A stretch of 64,000 nt of DNA from Octopus vulgaris (lineage: Eukaryota). Made by a program: the position numbers and the translations under genes. A model generated the notes under the pieces. The model saw nothing but the letters and a program-made list of their open reading frames with translations, searched no databases and was not told where the DNA came from. How positions within the stretch are numbered: the stretch's first letter is position 1; each line of letters begins with the position of its first letter. Shown here in pieces: positions 26,300 to 38,969 of this stretch. Location: assembly GCA_951406725.2 (NCBI GenBank), contig OX597831.1, positions 72,416,001-72,480,000 of the forward strand, given 5' to 3'.

Positions 26300-26882
26300 T
26301 ATATTGTATCGTGGGTAGGCCAGAACAATGCGTAGTAAATGCAAGGCAAATCACAAGAAACAAATATATAAATTAATGAAGACTTACCTTGTATTCAATA
26401 TTTCGGGGTTATGACCCCATTTTCAAGAAATTAACGAATGTTGCCGATGTGCGTGTGTGTGAGCGTGTGTGGAGTGAACATGCGCAGAAAGGTATTCCTA
26501 TAGCATGCAGCTAGCTTTTTTGCGACTCTCTTCCGTTGTTGATTTTGGGTTTCTTTCGGTGTATGAGCATGGCCTCAGAGATTCTAAGGCTGCCTCTGTT
26601 CCGCTGTGTTGCCTTGATGTGTTCTGTGAATTCCCAGGCCTGGCATTTCCGTAGATGTTTCTTCGCGGAAGTGTCTGCCTGTATGTGTTCCTTAATGCGT
26701 ATATGCAGTTTTCTTGTCGTTCTTCCGATGTAGGATGCGCCACATTTGCCACAGATGATCTCATATATGACATAGATCCTCTGGCACAATTCAGGATCAT
26801 TGACGGAGCAGTTCGATAATGTGCACTCCTCGGAGTAGTGAGAGGTGTTGTTCTTGGACAGAGTTTTTCTTAGGGTGTGCAC
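26300..26882 (-). mobile_element. Penelope-like element 3' fragment (GIY-YIG endonuclease plus pseudo-LTR)
   Basis: ORF 26511-26882: VIYEIICGKCGASYIGRTTRKLHIRIKEH...EAMLI..KKPKIN, followed by a hammerhead-like motif at about 26395-26432. Confidence 0.88.
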
Positions 26883-26924
26883 TATCTGTATGTCGAGTCA
26901 TACAGATAGTGTACATCGGCTCCC

Positions 26925-27790
<866 letters not shown>

Positions 27791-27794
27791 TTAT

Positions 27795-28556
27795 TATTCT
27801 GGACGAGGTAATGAGCAGGGTGACTACTCTCACTCAGAAGTGGGCCGAGAGAAAACTATCTCTGAAAGGTCGGGCAGAGGTGGCTTACGCGTATATCGCG
27901 TCTGTCATCTACTATCGCTTGACCGTCGTGCCTTGCCCTGGCAACCGTCCGATTATGCTGGAGCGTATACTCTTCCGCTTCTTGTGGAAAGGACATGTCC
28001 CGATGGTTAGGCGGTCTATCTGCTGTCAGCACTCGCTGCGTGGTGGCCTGGGAATACCGTGGTTGATGATGCGCAGACATGCACTGAGGCTACGACATCT
28101 CTAGTGTTTCCTTGATGGTGAACAGGTGTGGTTGCCGTTTGCCAGACATGTATTTCTGCAGCTAGTTTCTTCAATTGAGCTGCAGTCATGGGTACAACAG
28201 AGACTGAGGGGGAGCATTTGGAAAGTGGAATGTCTTCAAGCGCTCACAGCCCTCAACCAATCGGACAGTGTGATAGGTGGAACATCCACTTTAGCCTTTT
28301 ATAGAGGATTAGTGGGGGTAAAGTGCGACGATGTTCATGGGGAGACCTTGGCTATCGAAGATAAGCTAGTCGCTCTTTTCCAGAGAACTTTCGGGTCGGG
28401 ACCGATGGATAATTTCCAAAAATCTCAGGCCTGGCAGTGCTACCGGGGAGCTTTGCTTGTCCGAGATAAATTTTACAGGCACGGAAGTGCCGTCAGCCAA
28501 GCATACCCGGGATGCGCGCAGGACGACGAGAAGGCCCTGCATGCACGCGTCCAGAA
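27795..28556 (+). mobile_element. Tx1/L1-clade LINE ORF2 fragment
   Basis: KWAERKLSLKGRA...FRFLWKG...RGGLGIP (post-RT region) and a degenerate zinc-finger-like segment near 28430-28545, with in-frame stops. Confidence 0.8.
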
Positions 28557-28688
28557 ATTTTGGGGAGGTGGTAGTTAATTTTGTTGATCCCAAAAGGATT
28601 TGAGCTCAGAATGGAAAACTGGAAGAAATATCGCACTGCATTCTGTCCGACTCATTAACAAGTCTGTCGGTAGCTTTTGCTATATATA

Positions 28689-28771
28689 GCTATGATGGTC
28701 GAGTGATTAAGGCGTCGGACATAAAAATCCAATGGCAATTTCCCGCGTAGTTTCGAATACTTTTCATAAGC
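28689..28771 (+). pseudogene. tRNA-Ser pseudogene
   Basis: Alignable to 23869 but with broken stems, an altered anticodon loop and an altered B box. Confidence 0.8.
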
Positions 28772-28949
28772 CTCATTTTCAATTTATTTTTTCTTGGTTT
28801 TTGGAAATGAAGTTTTTACACTTGAAAGTAGCGTTTGTTTTGATGATTTTATTTTCCATGCTATTACACGTTTCGGACTCGAATACTTCATCTTAGCAAA
28901 GCTTTGTGTTTTGCATTGCCATCAGATTCATTGTTTTCTTTTAACAGAA

Positions 28950-31000
28950 ATGCGCTGGCGTGGCTTTGATACAAAATCTCCGCCTTCAACCACCCCTTAT
29001 TAACTGGCCTCTCGCTTCTCTTGGGCTGACGCCGCGCTTGCAAGCCCCTTTCGACTATGCAAAAGAGTCTTCGAGCCCGAGTCAACCGGAAACTTATTGA
29101 CGGCAACGTTTCCACCGCGATGCGCGTGCTAGCCTTTTGCTAGTCCTCGCCCCCACATCGGACGTTCTCTCCGTCTGAAATATCAAGACCCTGAGCGAGA
29201 TACGGCTTTGACAGTGACCGATGATGACGTTGCTGCTGCCGTGAAATCGTCCCTGGGAACAGCAGTGGTAGAATTGATGGCCTGCGACACGGCCACCTTA
29301 AAGATTTAATCTTACCAAATTCCGCCGAGGTGGAAGCGGGTGGGGTGGGGGGGGGGCGCACGCTTGCTCCGATCTATCATCACTTTGACAGACAGATTTC
29401 TTCACGCGGACCTTCCTCGCCACGACCGCGATCTTCTCTTCTAAGCCAACTTAATTGCGCTGAAGAAGAAAGACGGAGGCATACGTCCTATAGCAGTGGG
29501 AAACGTCTTTCGTCATCTTGTGGATAGGTTAACTTGCAGATCAGACCTGAGTGAAGCGCTCAGCCCTGTCTAGTTGGGGGTGGAAGTCAAGTGTGGCTGT
29601 GAGGCTGCTGCCCATGCTGCCAGATGTTTCATACAGCAAACACTTACCTCGTCACTTTGCTTCCAACTGAAGCTGGACTAAAAAAAAACGCCTTCAACAG
29701 CGCCAGACGCGACCACATCATGGAGTCATGTCTAAGACGTGCCCCCTCATTATACTCACTTACATAAATCTCCTCTGGTACAAACAGTTTACTTAGAGCT
29801 GCTGATAACAGGATCGCTTCTTCCACAGGTGTCCAGCAGTGACCCTCTTCGTCCGCTCCTATTTGCGGTGACTGTCGACAACGTTGCCCGATCGATCCGC
29901 CCACCCTTCAGTATCTGGTACTTGGATGACGCAACCCTATGTGGCCCTGCTGAGTCTGTTAGGGAGATTCAGCAGATTATTCCATCCCTAAAGCTTCTCG
30001 GGCACGAGATCAACCCGTCCAGTTGGAGGTGATTAATGTGAGCTATGGTGAGGCCGAATTGCGAGACGCCGTACTCAGCATCCAGTCCGTCTTGGCGGGG
30101 CCTCCGCTAACACCTAACGGCGCTGTCCGCATCCTTGGCTCCTCAATCCCCCCGAAAGCCATAACAGAGTGCCTGGACACCAAACCTGCGGACTTGTGCA
30201 GGATGACCGAAAGACTGAACCTCATTCAAGCGCATCCGGCGCTCTTCCTCTTGAGGAATAACTTCACTCTGCCTAAGCTCCTTTTATCGTTACGCGGTGC
30301 GCTATGTCACCTTCTCAGAGATCGCTTCGGTGATTTCGATAACACCATCCAACGCTGTGCCGAACTGATCAATTCTGGCAACGCCGGCTGGAAGATTCTG
30401 TGGCTTTGGTCTCCAGTCTGCAGTGAACCTGGCTCTGCCTGCCTATCTTTCATCGATCTCTTTCAGCCTGCATCCTCTTCCTGTAGCCTTAACGCAAGCC
30501 TATTTCCTCCACACAGAATAATATAAATGACGCGGTTGACTTCCTGTCTCCACCACAGGGACGGTAAGCGCCCCAACGAGACAAACTTCTTCCCATTCGA
30601 GGGAGGCAGATCTCTAGTTTGGGATGCGACGAGCAGCGACACGTTCTTTGGCTCCAACCTTGCAGCATCGGCCGCAAACCCTGGTGTCGCAGCCCGTAAC
30701 GTGGAGGAGAGAAAAATCAATAAATAAAAGAGCCTGGCCGGCCGCTATCGGTTTGTGTCGGTCGCCATCGAGACGTCGGGTGTTCTAGGACCCCGTACTA
30801 TCGATTTCCTCCACAAAATAGGAATATTGGCGACCCGTTGAAGAAATGAGCCCCGCGATCTGAAATGGCTGCTGCAGGGAGTGTCACTGGCCATTCTACG
30901 CGGCGACGCCACCGTGATCATTACCGAGAGGCGTGGCTGGGCATCCCACTCGTTCTGATATATGTAGCTCATTGCCTCTCCTCCTTCATCGTCTGCTGGT
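28950..31000 (+). mobile_element. CRE-clade-like non-LTR retrotransposon (RT plus RLE), decayed
   Basis: Frameshifted motifs DGLRHGHLKDL, KKKDGGIRPIAVG, CGCEAAAHAAR, NAFNS, GVQQ-DPL.PLLF, WYLDD, DGKRP...SLVWDAT, VAIETSGVLG, SLAILRG. GC-rich island. Confidence 0.82.
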
Positions 31001-31114
31001 GTACCCACCTGCCTTTTTCTTTCTTTTTTCCTCTCTCATCTATCTTCTTTCTTGTTCCTTTGACACAGTCACTCAAATCAAGAAATATTTTCAACCAAGC
31101 CACTTTCGTTTCCT

Positions 31115-31196
31115 GTTGTGATAGCCGAGTGGTTAAGTCGTTGGACTTCAAATCCAACAGGCTATACCTGCACAGGTTCGAATCCTGTTCACAGCG
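31115..31196 (+). tRNA. Ser-type tRNA with TCA anticodon (possible UGA suppressor or young pseudogene)
   Basis: 82-nt 7/5 cloverleaf, anticodon TCA at 31148-31150, paired variable arm CAGG/CCTG, intact B box, G73, T-run terminator at about 31214-31221. One D-stem mismatch. Confidence 0.75.
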
Positions 31197-31558
31197 ACAA
31201 ACAGTTTGCATCCTTTTTTTTCCTTGTCAGAGTTCTTTTTTAACGAATCTTATACATTAGAAAATTAGAAATGATTTTGGTCATTCCAATTTCTGTGGAT
31301 AGCTGAATTTAAAATACTGTATATTATTCAAATAAATTACCTCTGTTGATATACGCATGGACATAATTCTGTGTCTCTGTCTTCGTAAGTCCTTATGGAT
31401 TTTGGAATAAACTTTTGTCTGCTTTGTTAATTGTAGTTCTACATGAATGCTCACATTCAATGTCTAACGCATATACTATGCAAAAGTACATCATCATTTA
31501 CTTGTCTGGATATAGAGACAGAAATTAAATATTCTGAGAAAAGTGTAACTTAACCGCA

Positions 31559-31635
31559 GCTGCGATGGCAGCGTGTTTAAATCGTTGAGTTTAAGTCGTT
31601 GAGCCAACGAGACTATTCTGCAGAGTTTCGCAGCA
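31559..31635 (+). pseudogene. Highly degenerate tRNA-Ser remnant
   Basis: GCTGCGATGGC...TCGCAGC acceptor ends retained, interior rearranged. Confidence 0.55.
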
Positions 31636-32050
31636 GTCGTTTAAAATTCCACTTTCGTATATAAGTGATTCGAGGGTGTTGATCACGATTAATATTAATA
31701 TTTTTTTTTATCAACATAATCCTATTCTACATCCTCGAAAACGCATCTCTGGAAAATTTCAGTGAAAATATAAAACTGTGCATATAAGAGGAAGTTATGG
31801 ATAAACAAACTCGAGAGAGCGAAATAATACGACTGCTGTTATGGCGATTTTGATGGAAGAATAAACACGATCACTTGAAATTTGAAATCTTGTCAATATT
31901 CTTCTCAGCATGAAGTAAAGCGATGCAGCTATTAATCTTGAACGAAATTGTTCAATATTTCATCGAAATTCAACGAAATTATTTCTCCATTTACCTTCAT
32001 CTACTGGACTGAATAAATCAATAAATACTTTAAGATAGTCTAGCACCAGA

Positions 32051-32132
32051 GCTGTGATGGCCGAGTGGTTAAGGCGTTGGACTCGAAATCCAATGGGATT
32101 TTCCCGCACAGGTTCGAATCCTGTTCGCAGCG
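32051..32132 (+). tRNA. tRNA-Ser (anticodon CGA)
   Basis: 82-nt cloverleaf with TTGGA-CTCGAAA-TCCAA, intact boxes, downstream T run. Confidence 0.95.
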
Positions 32133-32363
32133 ATTGTTAAAAATCTAATTTTTGATTAGTTTTCTAAAATGAAATTTATTCATTTAAAAATTATGAGTGA
32201 TTTTGTTTAATTTAGCTTTCATAACCCATGTGAAAATATTTCACCATAGCAAATTACCATGTTTTGCAAAATCCTTAGATTTCATGTCCTAACTCAATAT
32301 CAATAGAGACGTAACTTCTTATCTCTCAGTTTAAATCATTGGAACGTAAATTATTATCCAATA

Positions 32364-32714
32364 CTAGCAGTATCGCCCGGCGTTGCTCGGGTTTGTAAGG
32401 GAAATAACTATATAAGCATTTTTAGAGAGTTATAGCCAAAAAATAGCAAAAAAAAAATGCATTAAAAATGGAAAAAAAACGATGGTAAATTTTTTTTTAA
32501 ATCGTTGACTCATCGTAGACATTTTTAGAGAGTTACTTCCCTTATATAATAGCGAAAAATGCATTAAAATGGAAAAAAATTATGGTAAATTATTTTTAAA
32601 ACCATAGACTCATCGTAGACGCGCGCTAATACTCAGAAGGGCTCGATATGAATCACGACTATAAGATACCCGGTTTTGGTTAAACTGCACCGCAAAATGT
32701 GGGAGTAGTTAGGA
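32364..32714 (-). mobile_element. Non-autonomous Helitron, 5'-truncated
   Basis: Same family as 19427 and 44085. CTAG end and hairpin present. Confidence 0.85.
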
Positions 32715-32899
32715 AAAGATTGATATAATTACACAGTAACCTACCCTTTTAAAATTGTTGCCCTTGTGTCGAAATTTGAAACTGTTCAGGAAGTGACAAA
32801 CTGTCAAAATCATTAACAGGTCGAACAAAATGCTTGCTGCATTTCTCTTGGTTCTTAACGTTCTGAGGTCAACTTCGCCTTTTACTCTTTCACAATCGT

Positions 32900-33335
32900 T
32901 TTGCTGTGTCTCGGGAGGGTCATTTTGCCAGTAATAAACACACGCCTTGGTTCTATTTTATTCTTTTATTATTTGTCAATTGGCTAACTATTGAACCAGT
33001 TAACTAATCGATTGTTTGAGCAATCGTTCAGGTAATCAATCAATCAGCTAGGTTTGTCAAAATCTTTTCATTGCCATTTGCGACCTCTTCACTGACATAC
33101 CCTCTTTACGTCAGTACTGCTTTATACAGATCTGAAGTAGAAAGGGGATATCATTGATGAGATCATAGATGATGACGAAAGAACTTTAACAAAACCGATT
33201 GATTGACCAACGATCTATTGTACAATCGATTAAGTAATTAGTTAAATAGTTAACCAATTAACAAATAAATAAATGAAACAGAACCAGAGCGTATATTTAT
33301 CATTGGCCTAATGATCCTCCCGAGGTACAAGAAAA
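32900..33335. repeat. Degenerate inverted repeat (~200-bp arms) with hammerhead-like cores
   Basis: TCTCGGGAGGGTCATT...GGTTCT on the left mirrors AGAACC...AATGATCCTCCCGAGG on the right. Confidence 0.7.
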
Positions 33336-33471
33336 TATGTTTCAACGCATAAATTCACTCTATTTTGCAAACCAAATTCAAAAACAAAAAGAATATCGAC
33401 TCCACTTTATAGTCAAGACTAGACACACGGTCTCCGAAATAATATTTTCAGGAAACTGTCTGTTCTGAGCT

Positions 33472-33553
33472 GCTGTGATGGCCGAGTGGTTAAGGCGTTG
33501 GACTTGAAATCCAATGGGTTATTCCCGCGCAGGTTCGAATCCTGTTCACAGCG
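33472..33553 (+). tRNA. tRNA-Ser (anticodon TGA)
   Basis: 82-nt cloverleaf, intact boxes, T run at about 33574-33580. Confidence 0.95.
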
Positions 33554-34248
33554 TAGAGAAAATATTGCTTAAATTTTTTTAAAAAAGAAAACAAATTTTA
33601 AACATTACAAAATCCTTTGGTTCACAACCAATTTTTTCATCTATGGGCCCATTTGATTACTATCTTATTCTTGTGATATCTTTTATCTTTTACTTGTTTC
33701 AGTTATTGGTTTGCGGCCATGCTGGGGCACTGCCTTGAAGGGTTTTAGTTGAATAAATTAACCACAACACTAAGTTTGGTACTTATTCCATCGACCTCTT
33801 TTGCCGAACTGTTAAGTTACGGAGAAGTAAACAAACCAACACTGGCAGTCAAACAATGACGGGGGACAAATACATTACAAAGACACATATACACATACAT
33901 AGTACGTACATACACATATGTATGTGTATTACTATTTTCTTCTCTTCTATTTATTTTAGGTCCTTTCAAAATCTCTCCCAGGCGTTACTCATGAAAATGT
34001 GTCTTGGCCCAATGGCCCTTAAACTTTTGTCTTCGCCGATTGTTTACTCTGTACGTCCATTCTAGCGTCGTTTGTTCCTTCGAAGCTCTAACTCTCCACA
34101 AATTTGATATTTTTTAAATTTCTGGATGCTGCTGTTTTATTAAGTTTTCCTATCATGTTGTTGAAAGATCGAAACAGGGAGTAATTAACAGTCGACAACT
34201 AAGGAAGAGTTAGACTTCTTTTGGCATTTTGTCCCGCACTTGTTTCTC

Positions 34249-34330
34249 ATTATGTGTTTACGTATCTTTCATTCGTTGGTGATGTCCTATACTTTATGTA
34301 ATATATATATATACATTCATACATACATAC

Positions 34331-34363
<33 letters not shown>

Positions 34364-34424
34364 TGTATGTATACTACATAAAGTATAGGACATCACCAAC
34401 GAGTGAAAAATACGTAAACACATA

Positions 34425-34425
<1 letters not shown>
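34249..34425. repeat. Hairpin: ~52-bp inverted arms around a (TACA)/(TATG) spacer
   Basis: ATTATGTGTTTACGTAT...ACTTTATGTA mirrored by TACATAAAGT...CGTAAACACATAAT. Confidence 0.85.
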
Positions 34426-34465
<40 letters not shown>

Positions 34466-34537
34466 ATCTCTTGAGTACCACCAGCAAAAAATTTTTTTTC
34501 CTCTGTCTTCCCTTCTCGGGATCTTTCCTTCTCCTTT

Positions 34538-34572
34538 GTTTCCGACGAAGAGCTCCGCTCGAAACGTTAAAC
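34538..34572 (+). ncRNA. Minimal hammerhead-ribozyme-like motif (variant core)
   Basis: GTTT-CCGACGA-A-GAGC-TCC-GCTC-GAAACGTT-AAAC: stems I and II pair, palindromic ACGT stem III. Confidence 0.55.
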
Positions 34573-34667
34573 CCTCCTTCCCTTCTTTCCTGAGCGTCAA
34601 ATAATACTTTAATTGTTCCACGTCCTCGCGTTGCTGTGTTTTTTTTTCTGTGTTTTCTTGTTTGGAT

Positions 34668-34718
<51 letters not shown>

Positions 34719-34766
34719 TTAGCTCCTACACGCATTTTTTTCTCTCCTTGTTTTTTTTTCTTTGTA

Positions 34767-34804
34767 TCTTTCTGTCGAAGAGCGTAGGCTCGAAACGTAA
34801 AAGA
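34767..34804 (+). ncRNA. Minimal hammerhead-ribozyme-like motif (variant core)
   Basis: TCTTT-CTGTCGA-A-GAGC-GTAG-GCTC-GAAACGTA-AAAGA. Confidence 0.5.
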
Positions 34805-34906
34805 CTTGTTCTATTTCTATTCCTGAGCACTATACTAATACATTTGTTTGTTTGTACTCCACCTGCCTTCGTCTTTTGTTTATTTTCGTAAACTTTCCCT
34901 TCATTC

Positions 34907-34980
<74 letters not shown>

Positions 34981-34999
34981 AAAAAAACTTAGAAAAAAC

Positions 35000-35720
35000 T
35001 TAGGTATGTTTCGACCAAAGATTGGTCCAGGCCATGTCTAACTTAATAGCACCATCTGATAGGATTATCTAAATCTTGTTTAAGTCAAGTTTTGTTTATA
35101 GTCAATTCAAGTAGTGAGTTTTTGTTGGGTGAGTTGTATCCAATTATGGGTGGCTTATCTGGTAATCCTTGAAGGAATCTATCCAGACTCCGTTTAAAGT
35201 TGATGAGATCCTTTTCCTCTTTGATCTCTTTCGGGACAATGTTAAATAGGGCAGGGCCTGTTGAGGAAAAGAAATTATGTTGCAGTGTACATGTATGCTG
35301 TGATCTTGAATTGGGCAGAGGACGTATGGCCCGTGGTCCCAGTCTTGGATGAACCTTGAAGCTAATGTTCAGGTCGTTTGGGCAAAGTTGGTGGTATATT
35401 CTCCACATCGTACAAATGATGTACCGCTCACGGCGACGCTGGAGAGAGTAGAGTTTCAAGGCTTTAAGGCGGTCCCAATAATCGAGAGCAGCCATGCCTT
35501 CAATTCGTTTAGTGAGTGCCCTCTGGGGTGACTCAATCCTCGAGATGTTTTGTCTTGTATGGGGAGACCACAGTGGGCAGCAGTATTCGAGGTGTGGCCG
35601 TACAAAGGAGGAGAAAAGTGGTATGATGACACCTTGTTCTCTGGACCGGAAAGTTCTTAAGATCCAGGAACTTATCCTACGAGCTATATCGACCTTGTTG
35701 TTGATGTGTGCACTCCAACT
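35000..35720 (-). mobile_element. CR1-clade LINE 3' fragment
   Basis: FVRPHLEYCCPLWSP and LDYWDRLKALKLYSLQRRRERY...FKRSLDRFLQGLPDKP. Confidence 0.88.
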
Positions 35721-35987
35721 GTATGTATGTATGTATGTATGTATGTATGGATGGATGGATGGATGGATGGATAAGTGTATGTATATATATACAACGGGTT
35801 TCCAAACAGTTTCTGTCTAATAATATCCACTCACAAGGCATTGGGTTGTTCGGAGCTAAAGTAGACGACATTTGCCCGAGGTGTCGTACTGTGGGATTGA
35901 ACCTAAAGCCACATAATTGCAAAGCGAGCTTATTAACCACACGGCTACTGACATTAGATACTTTAAGAAAAGTATAGCACCGCTGTA

Positions 35988-36070
35988 GCTGTGGTGGTGG
36001 AGTGGTTAAAGTCGTTGAACGTCAAATCTAGTGAGATTTATGATCGCTGTTTCGAATCCTTCTCGCAGCA
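35988..36070 (+). pseudogene. Degenerate tRNA-Ser pseudogene
   Basis: GCTGTGG...GAGTGGTTAAAGTCGTTG...TTCGAATCC...TCGCAGC with stems broken. Confidence 0.7.
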
Positions 36071-36796
36071 GTCGCCTGAAATTTTCCTCAGTTTTCCTCA
36101 GAAATGAAGTCGATAAAAATGAAGTCGATAAAAATGAAGTCGATAAAAATAGGAATATGTTGCTCGATTCAATATTAAACTCGATCAGCCAATACGAACG
36201 GAAATCGAGGACTACATAATCAAATATATCCCTCTATGTACTCAGCTAGCCTATCACCAAAGACGTTCCGGCAGAGACCATCCCTTTCGTTTTTCTTTTT
36301 TCTAGACTAAACCCAACAGACTTTTTATGGAGATTTCCATGCTATTTCTAGCAAGTAGAGTGACCGCTCAGAGGCCTCATCGCTGGCTCGATATTGTTGT
36401 TGTTCATGATGATGATGATTATGTTGGTGATGGTGATGCTTATAATGACAACGATGATAATGGTGTGGATGCTGATGATAATGATGACGGTTATGATGGT
36501 GAAGATGAGGATAATACTGAATGAGGAAATGATGACAGCAATGGAGATCCTGGTGGTGATGACGACGTTGATGAAGATAGTTGTGTTGGTGATGGTGGCG
36601 ATGATCGTGGTATTTAATGGTGAAGAATCGAATAACACGAATCACCGGTTTCATAAATTGATTTCAATATGAATGTTAAGAGAATATATACACACGCGAG
36701 GGAGAGTGCATACATACAATATATAATATGATATAATATCAAGTATATATACCAAAAAACCAAGGGTTTTAAAAAAAAGAAAAAAAAGTTAACCAG

Positions 36797-36868
36797 TTCC
36801 CACGCCGGGAATCGAACCCGGGCCACCTGGGTGAGAGCCAGGAATCCTAACCACTAGACCACATGGGA
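36797..36868 (-). tRNA. tRNA-Glu (anticodon CTC)
   Basis: TCCCATGTGGTCTAGTGGTTAGGATTCCTGGCTCTCACCCAGGTGGCCCGGGTTCGATTCCCGGCGTGGGAA, 72 nt, followed by a T-run terminator. Confidence 0.96.
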
Positions 36869-37001
36869 AACTGCATTTTAACATCGAACTATAACGGTTA
36901 TAAAATATTCTGATTCTATAAATAACCGTTTCGATCGATTCTTCATCAAATGGAGAATATCTGTGTTGCAATTCCTGTCTCGCTGTTCCATACCTAATTC
37001 T

Positions 37002-37050
<49 letters not shown>

Positions 37051-37063
37051 TGTGTGTGTGCGT

Positions 37064-37096
<33 letters not shown>

Positions 37097-37519
37097 CATT
37101 TTGCATAGAGCAACAGACAGACAGACAGACAGATGCACAGATGGATGCTCAGACAGACAGACGGACAAAGATGGTCACACAGACAAGCAGACAGACAGAC
37201 ACTGACACAGAGAGAGAGAGAGAGACACACACACACACGCACACACACACACAGATGGAAAAGCAGGCAGACAGACAGACGGACGGACAGACTGACATGT
37301 AGCTACATAAATACACGGTAGAAATACACGGAAGAGAACTTGCACTCACACATACACACAAATGCACATACATACACATACATACACGCATACGCAAAAC
37401 GATCACGGGTTAATGTTTACAATATTACCCGAAAACGAAAAAAAAAAATAATAATACTGCAACGGGTGTTAAAAAATGTGTATGAAACGATGATGAAAAC
37501 AAAAATGCGCTCAAAGCAA

Positions 37520-37865
37520 CGGGGTGGGGAGTGGGGAGTGGACTTCGGAAAATTCACAAGATCCGAGTTTATCCCTCATAACTTTTAGGAATATGTTTTT
37601 TTTTTTAAATGAAGTTTTATATAAATACCTTTCAAAAGGCATAGATTACGATTATAAAAAGATTTGTGGATACAATCTTTTCCGAGGGGTGGTGAGAGGA
37701 GTTTCGGAAAATTCACAAGATGCGATTTTTTCGTTCATAACTTTGAGGAAAATGAATATCTTTTATTGAAATTTTATAGAAATACCTTTCAAACAGCATA
37801 CATTACGGTTATACAGAAATTTATGGGGAAAATCTTTTCCGATGGGGTGTGTTGAGGACTTTCGA
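37520..37865. repeat. ~160-bp diverged tandem repeat, ~2 copies
   Basis: TTCGGAAAATTCACAAGAT...CATAACTTT...AAATACCTTTCAAA repeated at about 37544 and 37703. Confidence 0.7.
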
Positions 37866-38452
37866 AGAGGAAGAAATTCATAAATTATTTTTTGCTTGAG
37901 TGTAATAGAAAAAAAAATTAGATTCATTTTATTTTTTGAGTAATAGAAAAACGCTTTTTAAAAAGATTCCATATATCATAGTGAGAGAAACAAATTCATA
38001 AATACGTTGTTGAATATGGTTTCATTATAGAAAAAAAGTTAAGGGCGATTTAGCTGTTGCTTTTAGCATATCTCACGACCGTCTGATACCGTCCTTATTT
38101 GTTTAATATTTTCGGTTAATTTCTACAAGTTCTCTCAATCACCAATAAGCAAGTTAACAAGCCTAATGGGTGTAGGAAGATTGGTATCGAATGTTTTAAG
38201 GTGTGAGCCTAGTTGGGGTAAGAAGAAAGTTCTACAGTATAAGGAGTTATTGGTGAACGACACCAGGAACCGGTATACATTCTTCCGTGTCATCAGGAAC
38301 ACGGGTATAGTCTTGCAGATACGTTATACAAACAATCATTAAAATCGATATAAAATCAATGAATATGTTATAATCGATTAAATATTTAAACCACAAAATT
38401 TGAAAAAAAACAACCCAAAAAACAAAACAAACAAAGCCTTCTCTGGGTCCTA

Positions 38453-38500
<48 letters not shown>

Positions 38501-38969
38501 CAGCAGCAGCTGTAGTAGTAGTGGTGGTGGTGGTGGTGGTCGTCGTCGTCGTAGTAACAGCAATAGTTGTTATCATTTAATTCTTGCCCTTAGATGCCTA
38601 GTGAAAAAGTGGGAAAGATGAAGGGGTCAGGTGGTCAATAGTAGCCTCTCCCCGCCCACGTTCCCGGTTTGAAGTGTAAAGTGGCGCAAGCTTTCTTCTG
38701 CCTCTTTATGTGGTGAGGCAAGGCGACAGGCAAATATGACTGTCCATCACTGCCCACCCCCTCGTGCAGCCTCGATGTAGCAGAACCATTGCGAAGAGTG
38801 TTCCAGCCATGAATATCCCCCACCCCCGCCACTTTTGCATATCTGCGAGAATAGTTTTCAACGTGTCTTTTCCTTTACGTAGAACAGTAGACTGTGATTT
38901 GATGGGCATTTAGCTGTTATTTCGAGGTGGTGGTGGTGGTAGTGGGTGGTGGATCTAGATAGAGTACTC

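Noticed and set aside
31115-31196. Calling the TCA tRNA a selenocysteine tRNA
   Set aside because: 7/5 acceptor/T fold, short D stem and clear identity to neighbouring tRNA-Ser genes.
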